Assembly: GCA_964549615.1 (NCBI GenBank)
Contig: CAZJVP010000020.1
Location: 64,001-128,000, forward strand
Direction of reading: 5' to 3'
DNA from: an uncultured Thermococci archaeon
Lineage (GTDB): Archaea > CAYQAE01 > CAYVLA01
DNA length: 64,000 nt
Both the position numbers and the translations under genes were made by a program. The notes beneath the pieces were generated by a model. The model was given only the letters and a program-made list of their open reading frames with translations. It made no database searches and was not told where the DNA came from. Positions 10,086 to 19,657 of the stretch are shown here, piece after piece (position 1 is the stretch's first letter; each line of letters begins with the position of its first letter).

Positions 10086-10213
10086 CCTTACTGTGCCTGC
10101 GAGGGCGCACATCTAGCACTTGCCAACACCAAGATGGCCCGCACGCATGGAACGTCAGCCGGGCGCCCTAACGGGGGCTCACCGCGCGACCTCACAACAC
10201 AGCTCGCCCCGCC

Positions 10214-11155
10214 TCAGTACACCGGGCTGAGCCATTCCTTGTGTCGCTCGTCCGCACCCGTAGCGGCCCTGAAGTACGCCCTCTGGATCTCCGCCGTCAC
10301 TGGGCCGCAGGTACCCTTGCCGATCTTGACGTGACCGATCTGGGTCACGGGGGTGACCTCGCCCGCAGTTCCGACCATGAACACCTCATCCATCCCCAGA
10401 AGCTGGGCCCTGGTGAGGTCCACCTCCTGCACGGACCTGCCGGCCTCCTTGAGCAATTCGATAACGGTCATCCTCGTGATGCCCGGAAGGATCGAGGCTG
10501 TAAGAGGCGGCGTGAGAATCCTTTCGTCCTTCACGGCGAAGATGTTCTCGCCGCTTCCCTCGCTCACGAAGCCGCGGCTGTCCAGGAATATCGCCTCATC
10601 GAAGCCGTTCTCAACCGCCTCCATCTTGGCAAGCACCGAGTTCAGGTACTGCCCGCAAGCCTTCACCTCGGGAGGCAGCGACCTCGGCGAGATCCTCTCC
10701 CAGGACGTGAACATGACCTTCACTCCCTTCTCCAACGCATCCTCGCCGAGATACCGCCCGAAAGGCAGGGCGTAGATGAACATCCTCACCGGGTTCTTGA
10801 ACGGGTTGAGACCAAAGGGGCCGGGGCCTCGGTAGACCACGGGGCGCAGATAGCAGGTCTCACGGATCTGATTCTTCGCAACGACCTCCTTGCAGAGATT
10901 CGCGATCTCCTCGGGCGAGGCGGGAAGCTGCATCCTGTAAACCTTCGCCGAGTAGAAAAGCCTCGAGACGTGATCGGCCAACCTGAAGAGGAATACGTTC
11001 TTCTTTTCCTCATTCCAGTATCCGCGGATTCCCTCGAAGACGCCGGTCCCGTAGTGGAGGGCGTGTGTCGTGACGTGGATCTTGGCGTCCTCCCAGCGGA
11101 CGTACTCGCCGTCCATCCAGACGTACTGCGCCTTCCGTTCGGCCATTTGCAGCAT
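10214..11155 (-). CDS. ilvE: Branched-chain amino acid aminotransferase
   Basis: HALHYGTGVFEGIR, KACGQY.NS, SEGSGENIF, ILPGITR, GTAGEVTPV. Start uncertain (11146/11155/11182). Confidence 0.95.
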   Translation of the reverse strand: MLQMAERKAQYVWMDGEYVRWEDAKIHVTTHALHYGTGVFEGIRGYWNEEKKNVFLFRLADHVSRLFYSAKVYRMQLPASPEEIANLCKEVVAKNQIRETCYLRPVVYRGPGPFGLNPFKNPVRMFIYALPFGRYLGEDALEKGVKVMFTSWERISPRSLPPEVKACGQYLNSVLAKMEAVENGFDEAIFLDSRGFVSEGSGENIFAVKDERILTPPLTASILPGITRMTVIELLKEAGRSVQEVDLTRAQLLGMDEVFMVGTAGEVTPVTQIGHVKIGKGTCGPVTAEIQRAYFRAATGADERHKEWLSPVY

Positions 11156-11207
11156 CTCCCACGACATCGAGACATTTTTCAAACTCCTTTTTTATCTTAT
11201 CCCGTCT

Positions 11208-11303
11208 GCTCCAGTGGTGTAGCGGCCAATCGACCTTCTTCAGGGCCACACATCTGGGACTCTCGATCCCAGGCCCCGGGTTCAAATCCCGGCTGGAGCA
11301 CCA
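11208..11303 (+). tRNA. tRNA-Glu(CTC) with a 20-nt D-loop intron (about 11230-11249), CCA encoded
   Basis: Acceptor GCTCCAG/CTGGAGC. Anticodon arm TGGGA-CTCTCGA-TCCCA (CTC at 11262-11264). T-arm CCGGG-TTCAAAT-CCCGG. Removing 20 nt restores the D-stem GTGT/ACAT. TTTTTAT lies upstream. Confidence 0.92.
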
Positions 11304-11636
11304 TGAACCTCAATTGACTGCCCGACCTTGCCTCCCTAGGATCCTGTACGATCTCACCGCGCACCGTGATTCGATTCCCCAACGGTCGCCTTGCAAGCCC
11401 CTTCGGCGAACGGGGATCTCAGAACACGGAGCTCTTCGCCGGCCTCTCGCTAAAAAGAGAAGGTAGCGGTCAACCTCGGTGGCTGTTTCGAAGGCTCATG
11501 GTCGCAGGGAATCCTCGACCGCCTTCCCAACCTTAATGCACACGTACTCCTTCGATCTCATGGGCCCTCCTCGGATACCGGGATGAACGGCGGTGGTCCG
11601 GGCTCCCCCCATTGCTTAGGCGGTTGGCCCAGCAAT

Positions 11637-12707
11637 TCAAGGCGAGCGCTGCTTCGTCCTTCGCTCGCCCGGCTGCCAGGGATCGGAACTAGTTTGGGGA
11701 ACTTCGAAGACCAGCAGCCTGTCGACCTCCAGGTTCACGCCGAAATCCTGGCTGTGCGTTGGGTCAATCGCCTCCACATACATCAGATACCTGGGGCGCA
11801 GAGGATCCCGAATGATGTCGACGTAGCTGTGAACGGGAAAAGGTTCCTTCTCGTACTGGGTCGTCGCCTTCCACCTTCCCCGAAAGATCGTCTCAAGATT
11901 GCATCCCCTCCAGTCCAACACGTAGGCGCCCAACGTGTTGGACACGGCCGCCCCGTTCCTGACCTCCCGGCTGTCGAACCCGACGAAGATGGGGCCCATG
12001 CAACCGGACAGGAAGCTCCCACACAGTAGATGATAGCGTGGCTGCTCGGTTCCGTCGAGCCTGAGCGGACCATGCTTCTTCCACTTGAAGCCGTCGCCGC
12101 TCGTCGCCAGTGCGGTTCTCACCTGCTTGCCGTCGTTGGCCTTGTACAGTGCAAGATACAGACCATCGACGATGCCGATGCTACAGTCCCTTGCTTCCCT
12201 TGAGTCATACGCCTCGCTGCGTTTGATAGCTTCGCACTCAAACCTCCAAGGTCCCTCGGGCGTTTCGGACGAGAAGAGGAACGTCCCCCATCCGGCCCCG
12301 TCGTCTAAAGCCAAGTAGAGATGGCAGCGATCGGTCGCAGGATCCTTGAGGAGCTGCTGTCCCTCGATGCTTCTCACCTCGACCCCCGAGAGGCGAGCGA
12401 CCTCCTCCTTGGCTATGGACTGGACCAACCTGAACTTCTCCCCATTCCTTGACGAGTAGATCTCGACCGCGTAACCCCTCACCCCCAGCTTGCGGGGCCT
12501 TGTCGTGAGCCAGAACAACCCTGAATCCAAGTCAAACAAAATCTTGCCTGCTCCCCTCCACGAGCCCGCTTTGAAGTCCGGCGGATCTAGAGCTATTCCG
12601 ATGAAATGCCTGCGGGTCAGGAAGAGCTGGGGAGGAGTAAGTCCCTGCCAGCTCGCCTCCGAGGCAGCATGGCGATGGCCCTTGCCCATGAGCATCCCGG
12701 TCGGCAC
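11637..12707 (-). CDS. Putative five-bladed beta-propeller glycosidase-like protein (GH43/GH130/GH32-like)
   Basis: Repeated propeller/Asp-box-like segments (YSSRNGEKF, SETPEGPW, ARDCSI, ATSGDGFKWKK). Start uncertain. Confidence 0.5.
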   Translation of the reverse strand: MPTGMLMGKGHRHAASEASWQGLTPPQLFLTRRHFIGIALDPPDFKAGSWRGAGKILFDLDSGLFWLTTRPRKLGVRGYAVEIYSSRNGEKFRLVQSIAKEEVARLSGVEVRSIEGQQLLKDPATDRCHLYLALDDGAGWGTFLFSSETPEGPWRFECEAIKRSEAYDSREARDCSIGIVDGLYLALYKANDGKQVRTALATSGDGFKWKKHGPLRLDGTEQPRYHLLCGSFLSGCMGPIFVGFDSREVRNGAAVSNTLGAYVLDWRGCNLETIFRGRWKATTQYEKEPFPVHSYVDIIRDPLRPRYLMYVEAIDPTHSQDFGVNLEVDRLLVFEVPQTSSDPWQPGERRTKQRSP

Positions 12708-12757
12708 TTGGGCTTATTATCTCTTCCGAGCCAACGTGCCCATTTTTTTCAAGCATT

Positions 12758-13444
12758 TTGCTCCCGCCCAGGCCATACTCTTTCATCGTTACAGACATAC
12801 GTGCTCCAACTTCGTTCTCGAACTCACGAGGTGATCCTACGAGACTCAAGATTGCGTTCATCTTGGCAGTTCTTGCTCTGGCCACGCAGCAGGCGATGGC
12901 TGGGGATCAGATCTTCGGAACCCCAAGCTACGTGCAAGCGTCCGTCCGGAACTGGTGGGGTAACGCCGTTCCGGTGTACTACTACGGCCGAGGCGAGCTT
13001 TATCTGGCCGCCTACACCGCCGTCGCAGGCGGGGTCAACGTACGAGGCTTCATGCACAAGGACTTCGTCTGGGACAACCCAACCGGACCGGCAACCGCCC
13101 GGTTCGACTTCGCGCTCTGCGCAGAGGTCGCGGTCGGCACGCCGGTCTCCGGCGTTGAGATCACCGTTACGGGATTCCTCCGCGACGTCACCAGCACGGA
13201 ATATCCGATCTACAGCGTCCTCTACAGCTACACGAGATCGACCCTTGGCTATCAGGTGTTCATCACGGGCGGCCCCCGCAACATCAGGCTCGAGATGGTG
13301 AAAGGCCACAGCTACACGATCGGATACGTGGTCGACGTCTCGGCGTACTGCTATCTGAGATCCCTCTGCCCAATGGCCTGCGCGAACCTTGGCGAGCAAG
13401 GCTGCAGCTTCTGGTGGCAGCCCACCGGGGTTTTCAACGGGTGA
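12758..13444 (+). CDS. Hypothetical secreted beta-rich protein
   Basis: Signal-like LKIAFILAVLALATQQAMA, Tyr/Val/Gly-rich body, Cys-rich C-terminus. True start uncertain. Confidence 0.55.
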   Translation: MLPPRPYSFIVTDIRAPTSFSNSRGDPTRLKIAFILAVLALATQQAMAGDQIFGTPSYVQASVRNWWGNAVPVYYYGRGELYLAAYTAVAGGVNVRGFMHKDFVWDNPTGPATARFDFALCAEVAVGTPVSGVEITVTGFLRDVTSTEYPIYSVLYSYTRSTLGYQVFITGGPRNIRLEMVKGHSYTIGYVVDVSAYCYLRSLCPMACANLGEQGCSFWWQPTGVFNG

Positions 13445-13448
13445 TCGG

Positions 13449-13892
13449 ATGAGGCACATGCTTGCTCTCATCCCATCCGTCCTTTTTCTGCTCGGGTACG
13501 CCGGGTTGCAGGGGATCCGGGACGGCGAGTTGGCCAGGAAGCAGTCGACGGCAAACCGCCTATCGTTTGAGATGAGCGCGCTCTCCGCGCATGTGTCAAG
13601 AAGCATCCAGTCGGTCAGCGTGGGCAACGGATCCTACGAAGAGGCGCAGCGAGAGATCGCCGATGCCAACGAGCGCCTCGCGGCCATACAGCGGGATCTT
13701 GAGGCCACCTGGTCCGAGATGGACGAGCTCAAGGTGAAGGCTGCGGACGATGAGGCGCTGGCGAGGATCTTCAAGCTCGCGGGCATCGGCCTTTCGGCGT
13801 TGGCCTTCGGGTTGATAGGCAGCCGCGAATCCAGGGTTGCTCCGCACTGCCTAGTTGCAATGGCGCTGACGCTCATGTTGTCGGTGGTGTAG
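13449..13892 (+). CDS. Hypothetical membrane protein with central coiled coil
   Basis: N-terminal TM, heptad-rich middle (YEEAQREIADANERLAAIQRDLE), two C-terminal hydrophobic segments. Confidence 0.55.
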   Translation: MRHMLALIPSVLFLLGYAGLQGIRDGELARKQSTANRLSFEMSALSAHVSRSIQSVSVGNGSYEEAQREIADANERLAAIQRDLEATWSEMDELKVKAADDEALARIFKLAGIGLSALAFGLIGSRESRVAPHCLVAMALTLMLSVV

Positions 13893-13896
13893 GAGA

Positions 13897-14523
13897 TTGA
13901 GATCGGCACCGATCCTCGCCGTCCTCTTCTTGACATCGTCCGCCTGTGCCCTGACGATCGAGGAGGCCTTGCGTTTTGAAACCGAGCGGAAGCTCCACAT
14001 AAGCGTATCGGTCAAGGATCTTCAGACACCAAATCTTTCCTTGAGTTGGGCGATCCCGTCAAGCCATATTCTGGAGCTTCCACCTCTGGCGAACCAGTCA
14101 GGCGTGCTCACAAAGACTTCCGAATCTGCATTGACGGTCTTCGTCACATGCACGGAACCCGTATCATTCTCCTTCCTGGTAGAGTTTCCTTGCGAGGACA
14201 GCCGGAACCATGCCTTCCCGGCCGCCCGCTCGGGGGCCAACATCTCCAGACACACCCTTCGCGTCCTTCTTCCCGACGGTTGGACCGCCGCCGGATTCTC
14301 GCAGGGGTGCAGGAAGATATACGATCCTGAGGCGGGCAGGGTCGCACTGGAATGGGCCGATGTTGGTTCAGGGCGCTGCGAGGCGGTCCTCTTACGCCCG
14401 GGCCGGGAAGCGGAGATAAGGTGGAGACTGACCTGGATGATGATCCGTGGGTACGTTCTCGTAGGCCTTCTCGTCGTCCTCGTACTGCTTGGCGCAATCC
14501 TACTTCGTCGCATCGCCCTGTAG
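13897..14523 (+). CDS. Hypothetical surface protein (signal peptide, C-terminal TM anchor)
   Basis: MRSAPILAVLFLTSSACA signal, C-terminal VLVGLLVVLVLLGAILLRR. Confidence 0.6.
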   Translation: MRSAPILAVLFLTSSACALTIEEALRFETERKLHISVSVKDLQTPNLSLSWAIPSSHILELPPLANQSGVLTKTSESALTVFVTCTEPVSFSFLVEFPCEDSRNHAFPAARSGANISRHTLRVLLPDGWTAAGFSQGCRKIYDPEAGRVALEWADVGSGRCEAVLLRPGREAEIRWRLTWMMIRGYVLVGLLVVLVLLGAILLRRIAL

Positions 14524-14631
14524 CTCCTGCCCCCGGGGGATTTAGGATAGTAAAGACTCGCAGGAGGTCCGCGCGATTTGACGGCGAAAACTCTTATATT
14601 TGGCCCGTCGAAGCCGGCGCCGGGACCTTCC

Positions 14632-15972
14632 TTGAAAGAGAAGCTCAACGTCCTCTTGCTGGGAATCGACAGCCTCAGAGCCGACCACATGAGCTGCTAC
14701 GGCTATCACCGGCTGACCACCCCGCACATGGACCGCATCGCGTCGAAGGGCGTTCTGTTTGAGAACGCATACAGTCCCTACATCCCAACCACGCCGGGAT
14801 ATACGGCCATGTTGACCGGCACCGACGTCATGACCAACCAGATGGTCAGCCTTAGTCCGAAAGGCCCCATACCGGAATCGATCAAACTCCTGCCGGAGAT
14901 CCTCCGCGAAAAAGGCTACAGGTCAGCGTGCATAGGCTTCGACACCCCGTTCTACCGGGGCTTCGACAAGTACGAGACCTACCATGCCTGGATGGCGTGG
15001 GAAGATGCACCGGGGCACAAGGCGGAGGCCCTGAACGAGAAGGCCCTGCCCGCCCTGGAGGAGATGGCCGACGGGCCATTCCTGCTCTTCCTGCGGCATA
15101 TGGACCCCCACTCGCCCTACCTGCCACCGCCTCCCTTCGACAGCATGTTTTACGACAAGGACCCATGCGACCCCTCCGTCAACACGATGAAGCCGGTCTT
15201 CGAATTCGCCCCCTTCGCCGAGTTCTTCAAATCCTGGATGCCGCCGGGCATAACCGACATAGAGTGGGTCGTCGCGCACTACGATTCGTCCCTTGCCTAC
15301 ATGGACGCCTGCATCCGCCGGATCTTCACCAGGCTTGAGGAGCTTGGCCTGATGGACAAGACCCTGATCGTCATAACCTCCGACCACGGCGAAACCCTGA
15401 CGGAGCATGACATCTACTTCGACCACCATGGCCTCTACGAACCGACGATACACATACCGCTCATCTATTACCTGCCCGGGCTCATCCCGGAGGGGCGACG
15501 AATCAAGGGATATGTGCTGCAGCAGGACTTGACCCCCACGATACTGGATCTTCTGGGATATGGGAGCCTGGCAAGGAGATTGGGCATGGATGGCAAGAGT
15601 GCCGTTCCCTTGATCGAAGGCCTAAGATCGACGAACTACTCCGAGTTCTACCTGACCGAGTGCACGTGGATGCGCAAGCGAGGCTGGCGCACCCCACACT
15701 ACAAGCTCATCGAGGCCTTGGAGCCTGACTTCCACAACAAGCCACCCTTGGAACTTTACGACCTCGTCGAGGATCCCCTTGAGAACCACAATATCGCCGA
15801 TGAAAGGCCCGAAGTCGTCGAGGCCATGAAGAAGAGCATGGATGGCTGGATAAAGAGAAGGCTTGCCGAGACCGGCAAGGGCGACCCGATACAGGACTAC
15901 CGGATCGGGCTGGACCGGCGCATAGGCTCCATCAAGACGGCCCGCGAGATGCAGGCCGCGGGCAAGAAGTAG
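14632..15972 (+). CDS. Sulfatase-like (alkaline phosphatase superfamily) hydrolase
   Basis: GIDSLRADH, TPHMD, DPHSPY, TSDHGE, ELYDL..DP.E..N. Start set at TTG 14632, with a CTTATATT TATA box about 35 nt upstream. Confidence 0.88.
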   Translation: MKEKLNVLLLGIDSLRADHMSCYGYHRLTTPHMDRIASKGVLFENAYSPYIPTTPGYTAMLTGTDVMTNQMVSLSPKGPIPESIKLLPEILREKGYRSACIGFDTPFYRGFDKYETYHAWMAWEDAPGHKAEALNEKALPALEEMADGPFLLFLRHMDPHSPYLPPPPFDSMFYDKDPCDPSVNTMKPVFEFAPFAEFFKSWMPPGITDIEWVVAHYDSSLAYMDACIRRIFTRLEELGLMDKTLIVITSDHGETLTEHDIYFDHHGLYEPTIHIPLIYYLPGLIPEGRRIKGYVLQQDLTPTILDLLGYGSLARRLGMDGKSAVPLIEGLRSTNYSEFYLTECTWMRKRGWRTPHYKLIEALEPDFHNKPPLELYDLVEDPLENHNIADERPEVVEAMKKSMDGWIKRRLAETGKGDPIQDYRIGLDRRIGSIKTAREMQAAGKK

Positions 15973-15984
15973 GCCGCCCATGCT

Positions 15985-16728
15985 GTGAGGGCCTCCATGG
16001 ACGTTCCGGTCGCTTTAGTCCAGTTCGATGCCGTGCCGGAGCAGGTGGAGAAGAACCGCGGGGCCATGGAACGGCTGGTCGAGGAAGCCGTGGGGCTCGG
16101 ATCCAGGTGGATCGTCTTCCACGAGGGAACGCTAGCCGACTACACCCCCAAGCTACCCAAGCTAGCCGAGGCCGTACCGGGGGGCCCGTCAACCCGCAGG
16201 ATGGCCGCGCTGGCGGCGGAGCTTGGTTGTTTCATCTCGTTCGGCCTCTCCGAAGTGGAAGGCGACCGCTACTACATCACCCAGGCGTTCGTCGGGCCAG
16301 AGGGGTTCGTCTACCGCTACAGAAAGACCTGGCTGTGGCGATCCGAAAAGGACGAGGGATACAGGAACGAGTGGGCCAGATATGACCCGGGCACAGGTCC
16401 CGAGCTCTTCCTCATTGATGGCGTCAGGGCGACCTGCTTCATCTGCGCGGATGCGGAGGCGCCGCGATGCATAAGGCGCGCTGCAGCGCTCAAGCCTCAG
16501 GTGGTCTTCTACCCTAACAACAGGGGAAGCCTGCCCGGCTTCAGGGTCTTCGGGGCCAGGGCAAGGAAGATCGGTGCTCCCATGCTTGTGACCAACAGGG
16601 TGGGCCGTTCGTGGAAATACGAGTGCAAGGGGGGTTGTATGATCTACTCATCTAGGGGGCGCGTGCTTGCCAAGGCCAACAGGGGAGGTCGCGAGGAGAT
16701 TCTCTTCCACAGGCTCAGGATTCCGTAG
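15985..16728 (+). CDS. Carbon-nitrogen hydrolase (nitrilase) family protein
   Basis: Glu-Lys-Cys triad motifs VFHEG, YRKTWL, ICAD. Confidence 0.88.
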   Translation: MRASMDVPVALVQFDAVPEQVEKNRGAMERLVEEAVGLGSRWIVFHEGTLADYTPKLPKLAEAVPGGPSTRRMAALAAELGCFISFGLSEVEGDRYYITQAFVGPEGFVYRYRKTWLWRSEKDEGYRNEWARYDPGTGPELFLIDGVRATCFICADAEAPRCIRRAAALKPQVVFYPNNRGSLPGFRVFGARARKIGAPMLVTNRVGRSWKYECKGGCMIYSSRGRVLAKANRGGREEILFHRLRIP

Positions 16729-16863
16729 CCACCCGGTCCGTGCACCCGGCTGCCCGGCCTTAGGTACCTATCACCACGCCGATTGACGGGTCCTTCCGGT
16801 CAGCGACCGCGAAAAACGGAAAGCCTTATCTGAGAATCCGCCAACAAGAACGATCTGGAGTTC

Positions 16864-17253
16864 ATGACCGCAACATCGAGGGGCGTCCGAGATCTGAAGC
16901 GGAAGGCTGCGCGGGATGAGGATATCCTGGCCGTCATCTCGTTCGGCAGCTACGCAAGGGGCGAAAGCTACTCCGATGTTGACGTCTGCCTAGTCATGCT
17001 CCCACGGCGGTACGAGGAGTTATACCTTTCACAGAAGAGGCTCGATTATCAGGCCCTCCTTGGCCAAGACTTCGACGTTCAGATCTTCCAGCAACTTCCC
17101 TTGTATGTGAGGATCCGGGTCCTGCGGGAGGGTAGGGTCGAATTCTGCAAGGACGAACAAGCGCTCTACGACCTTGCATTTCAGACCATCGAAGAGTTCG
17201 AGGAGTTTGAGCCCATCTACCTTTCGTATCTGGAGGCCGTAGCCAGTGCTTGA
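16864..17253 (+). CDS. Minimal nucleotidyltransferase antitoxin (MntA-like, type VII TA)
   Basis: FGSYARGESYSDVDV (GSx9DxD), 129 aa, overlaps the downstream HEPN gene. Confidence 0.9.
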   Translation: MTATSRGVRDLKRKAARDEDILAVISFGSYARGESYSDVDVCLVMLPRRYEELYLSQKRLDYQALLGQDFDVQIFQQLPLYVRIRVLREGRVEFCKDEQALYDLAFQTIEEFEEFEPIYLSYLEAVASA

Positions 17254-17692
17254 TAGGCAAAGGGTTCTCGCCAAACTGGACGAGCTCGACTCCTATCTCC
17301 GCGAACTCCGGGACATTGCTCCCAGAAGCTATGAGGAGTATCTCGCATCGCGCGAGAAGCGGAGGGCCTGCGAGAGGCTCCTCCACATATCCATCGAATG
17401 CATCATAGACGCCTGCAACGTCCTAGTGTCAGGCATGAGGCTTGGCCTTCCGGCCGGCGAGGAGGACCTCTTCGTGAAGCTCCGGGACGCCGGCCTCATC
17501 TCGTCTGAACTGACGGACATGTTGAAGCGGATGCGGGCTTTCAGAAACATACTGGTTCATAGGTACGGGAGCGTCGACGACAGGTTGGTCTACGACGCCA
17601 TAGAGCGCAGGCTGGGCGACTTCGATAGGTTCAAGACAGAGATCCTGGAGAGAATGCGGACCCCGGGACGCAGGGCGGATGCGACGAAGTAA
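17246..17692 (+). CDS. HEPN/DUF86 toxin (HepT-like RNase)
   Basis: ACERLLHISIECIID and the Rx4H motif FRNILVHRY. Confidence 0.92.
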   Translation: MLDRQRVLAKLDELDSYLRELRDIAPRSYEEYLASREKRRACERLLHISIECIIDACNVLVSGMRLGLPAGEEDLFVKLRDAGLISSELTDMLKRMRAFRNILVHRYGSVDDRLVYDAIERRLGDFDRFKTEILERMRTPGRRADATK

Positions 17693-17796
17693 GTGCTGCA
17701 AAGATCGATGAAAGCAAGCCCCCATGGGCTCAAGCGTGGGTCGCTGCATTATCGCGTGGGCCATGCCACTAGGACGCCTAGATAGGAGACTAGAAA

Positions 17797-17890
17797 GCCA
17801 GGCTCATCTTCTCGAGTTGAAGGACGCATTGAAAAGTTCAAAGCCGAGATCCTAGAGAGGATTCGCCTCAGGGACGCAAGGCAAAGCGAC
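17797..17890 (+). pseudogene. Degenerate, internally deleted second copy of the HEPN gene 3' half
   Basis: AAGTTCAAAGCCGAGATCCTAGAGAGGATTCGCCTCAGGGACGCAAGGC resembles the gene end AGGTTCAAGACAGAGATCCTGGAGAGAATGCGGACCCCGGGACGCAGGGC. GCCAGGCTCATC..GAAGGAC resembles GCCGGCCTCATC..GACGGAC at about 17488-17520. Confidence 0.65.
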
Positions 17891-18081
17891 CCAGTGGAGC
17901 TCCAAGGGTGAGACGGGGCAAAGCCTAGGATCGGGCGGTGACCAGATACTCCTAAGCACCCTGTTCATCCTTCTGGACATAGGAAGAAACAAACCGGGCT
18001 TCATCAAAGGAGCAAAGACGCCGACTGGAAATAGCCAGGGGCAACCATGGGCTGCGCAAAAAAAGATAGATTTTTCGGGAA

Positions 18082-19341
18082 ATGGACAACCTGCGCTCAT
18101 CTGTGCTGATTACTCGCACCTCCTCGAACCTACAAGCAATCCTTGCGATGGTCGTTTCCTCGGCTATCTTCTGCGTGTTCCCTGCCCCGGGACTGGAGGA
18201 TGGTCGGATCGGCGTCCTCTACGTCGGCTGCGTAGCGCGCTCGCAGCCCTTCTGGATGATGAGATCCGATCCCCTGTTCAGGATGCAATTCGTGCAGGCA
18301 ACGATCCGCGACTTCATGATGTATGGGCCGATGCCTGCCAAGACAGACGCTGACGTGCACAGGATGGTTAGGCTTTACATGCCACGCACCGACCGGGAGC
18401 TAACGGAAAACTACGATGCAATCGTCCTCTCCGAGGCCAACGTGGATGCGGTTGGTCCCCACATCGACAAGCTGGCCCGAGCCGTCTCCGAGGGGGGCCT
18501 CGGCCTCGTCATGGCCGGTGGCTGGCAGTCGTTCGGAGCTGCCAGCTCCTATCACCCGTGGAGCGAAACCTCGATTGGACGACTCCTTCCGACCGAAGAC
18601 ATCGCCGGAACCTGGGATGAGTCCGTGTTTCAACGCCTAGTGATCGACAGGCCCGATCACGAGCTGATGAGCAGCGTTCCATGGCAGTCGGGCGATCCCG
18701 CTTTGGCCGGCGGGATATGGCACCACAACCGGGTCACCGTCAAGCTAGGCGCCGATCAGCTTGCGCATGTGGTATCGGGCTCAGGCCACGAGGACCCCCT
18801 CATGGTCACATGGAGGATAGAGACCGGGCCCCGGACCTTTGCGCTGACAAGCGAGTCATGCCGCCTTCCCCTGTGGATCTACGCCTACGACTACGTCAGC
18901 AACCTGATGATCTTCCTAGACGAGCGGCCGGTCCCTCAGGATGTGAACCTCGTTCACGCCGCGAGGTCGAAGATGCTCGAGACCAAGACAAGAAGGTCGC
19001 TTCTTTCTTCCCTCCTCGATTTCTGTGAATCATTTGGAGCGAACACCCGCAGTATGATGTCTAGGCTTGAGAAGATGGATGAGATAATTGCCAGCGCCAC
19101 CCCCAGGTATCTTGAGCTTCGTTTCGACGATATGATGGAGACCTACCGCCGGGTTGGCGAGATCCTCGACGATGCTGAGGAGGAGGCCATCAAGCTCAAG
19201 AACCGAACCTTGCTCTGGGTCTACCTGATCGAGTGGCTTGCGGTGAGCGGAACGGCGGCGGTCTGTGGATTCCTGCTATGGTCGCTGATGTTGCGTCGCA
19301 GGTTCTACAGGGAGGTTCAAACCACAAGGCTCGCCAGGTAA
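18082..19341 (+). CDS. Family A copy 1: membrane-anchored GATase1-like surface protein
   Basis: Signal peptide, GRIGVLYVG, RLYMPRT, YDAIVLSEA, GLGLVMAGGWQSFG, DFCESFGANT, TM LLWVYLIEWLAV..SLMLRRR. Confidence 0.8.
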   Translation: MDNLRSSVLITRTSSNLQAILAMVVSSAIFCVFPAPGLEDGRIGVLYVGCVARSQPFWMMRSDPLFRMQFVQATIRDFMMYGPMPAKTDADVHRMVRLYMPRTDRELTENYDAIVLSEANVDAVGPHIDKLARAVSEGGLGLVMAGGWQSFGAASSYHPWSETSIGRLLPTEDIAGTWDESVFQRLVIDRPDHELMSSVPWQSGDPALAGGIWHHNRVTVKLGADQLAHVVSGSGHEDPLMVTWRIETGPRTFALTSESCRLPLWIYAYDYVSNLMIFLDERPVPQDVNLVHAARSKMLETKTRRSLLSSLLDFCESFGANTRSMMSRLEKMDEIIASATPRYLELRFDDMMETYRRVGEILDDAEEEAIKLKNRTLLWVYLIEWLAVSGTAAVCGFLLWSLMLRRRFYREVQTTRLAR

Positions 19342-19657
19342 TGGACCAACACGGAAATCACCCCGGCAACAAAAGAAGGACGATGGCCGCGAAGCGTCAA
19401 TCCCCCTCTTGGGGCGGCCAAGTCGCTGGACCCGAACATACTCAGACTGGATTCGAGTTAACCCCAGCCGCTACCTTTAGGCTTAGACCCTTTTGGGCGC
19501 ACCCAAAGCCTTGATGGCAGAACCGCGGCAAACATCACCGAGGCGCCGATGGCTCGTTGCGCGACCCCGAAACGGTACGAGATGCCTTCAGGCTGCTGCC
19601 CGGCAGCGGGGACGGAACAGATAAGAGCATTGCAGGGAGGCGGAGAGCAGTGGTAGG

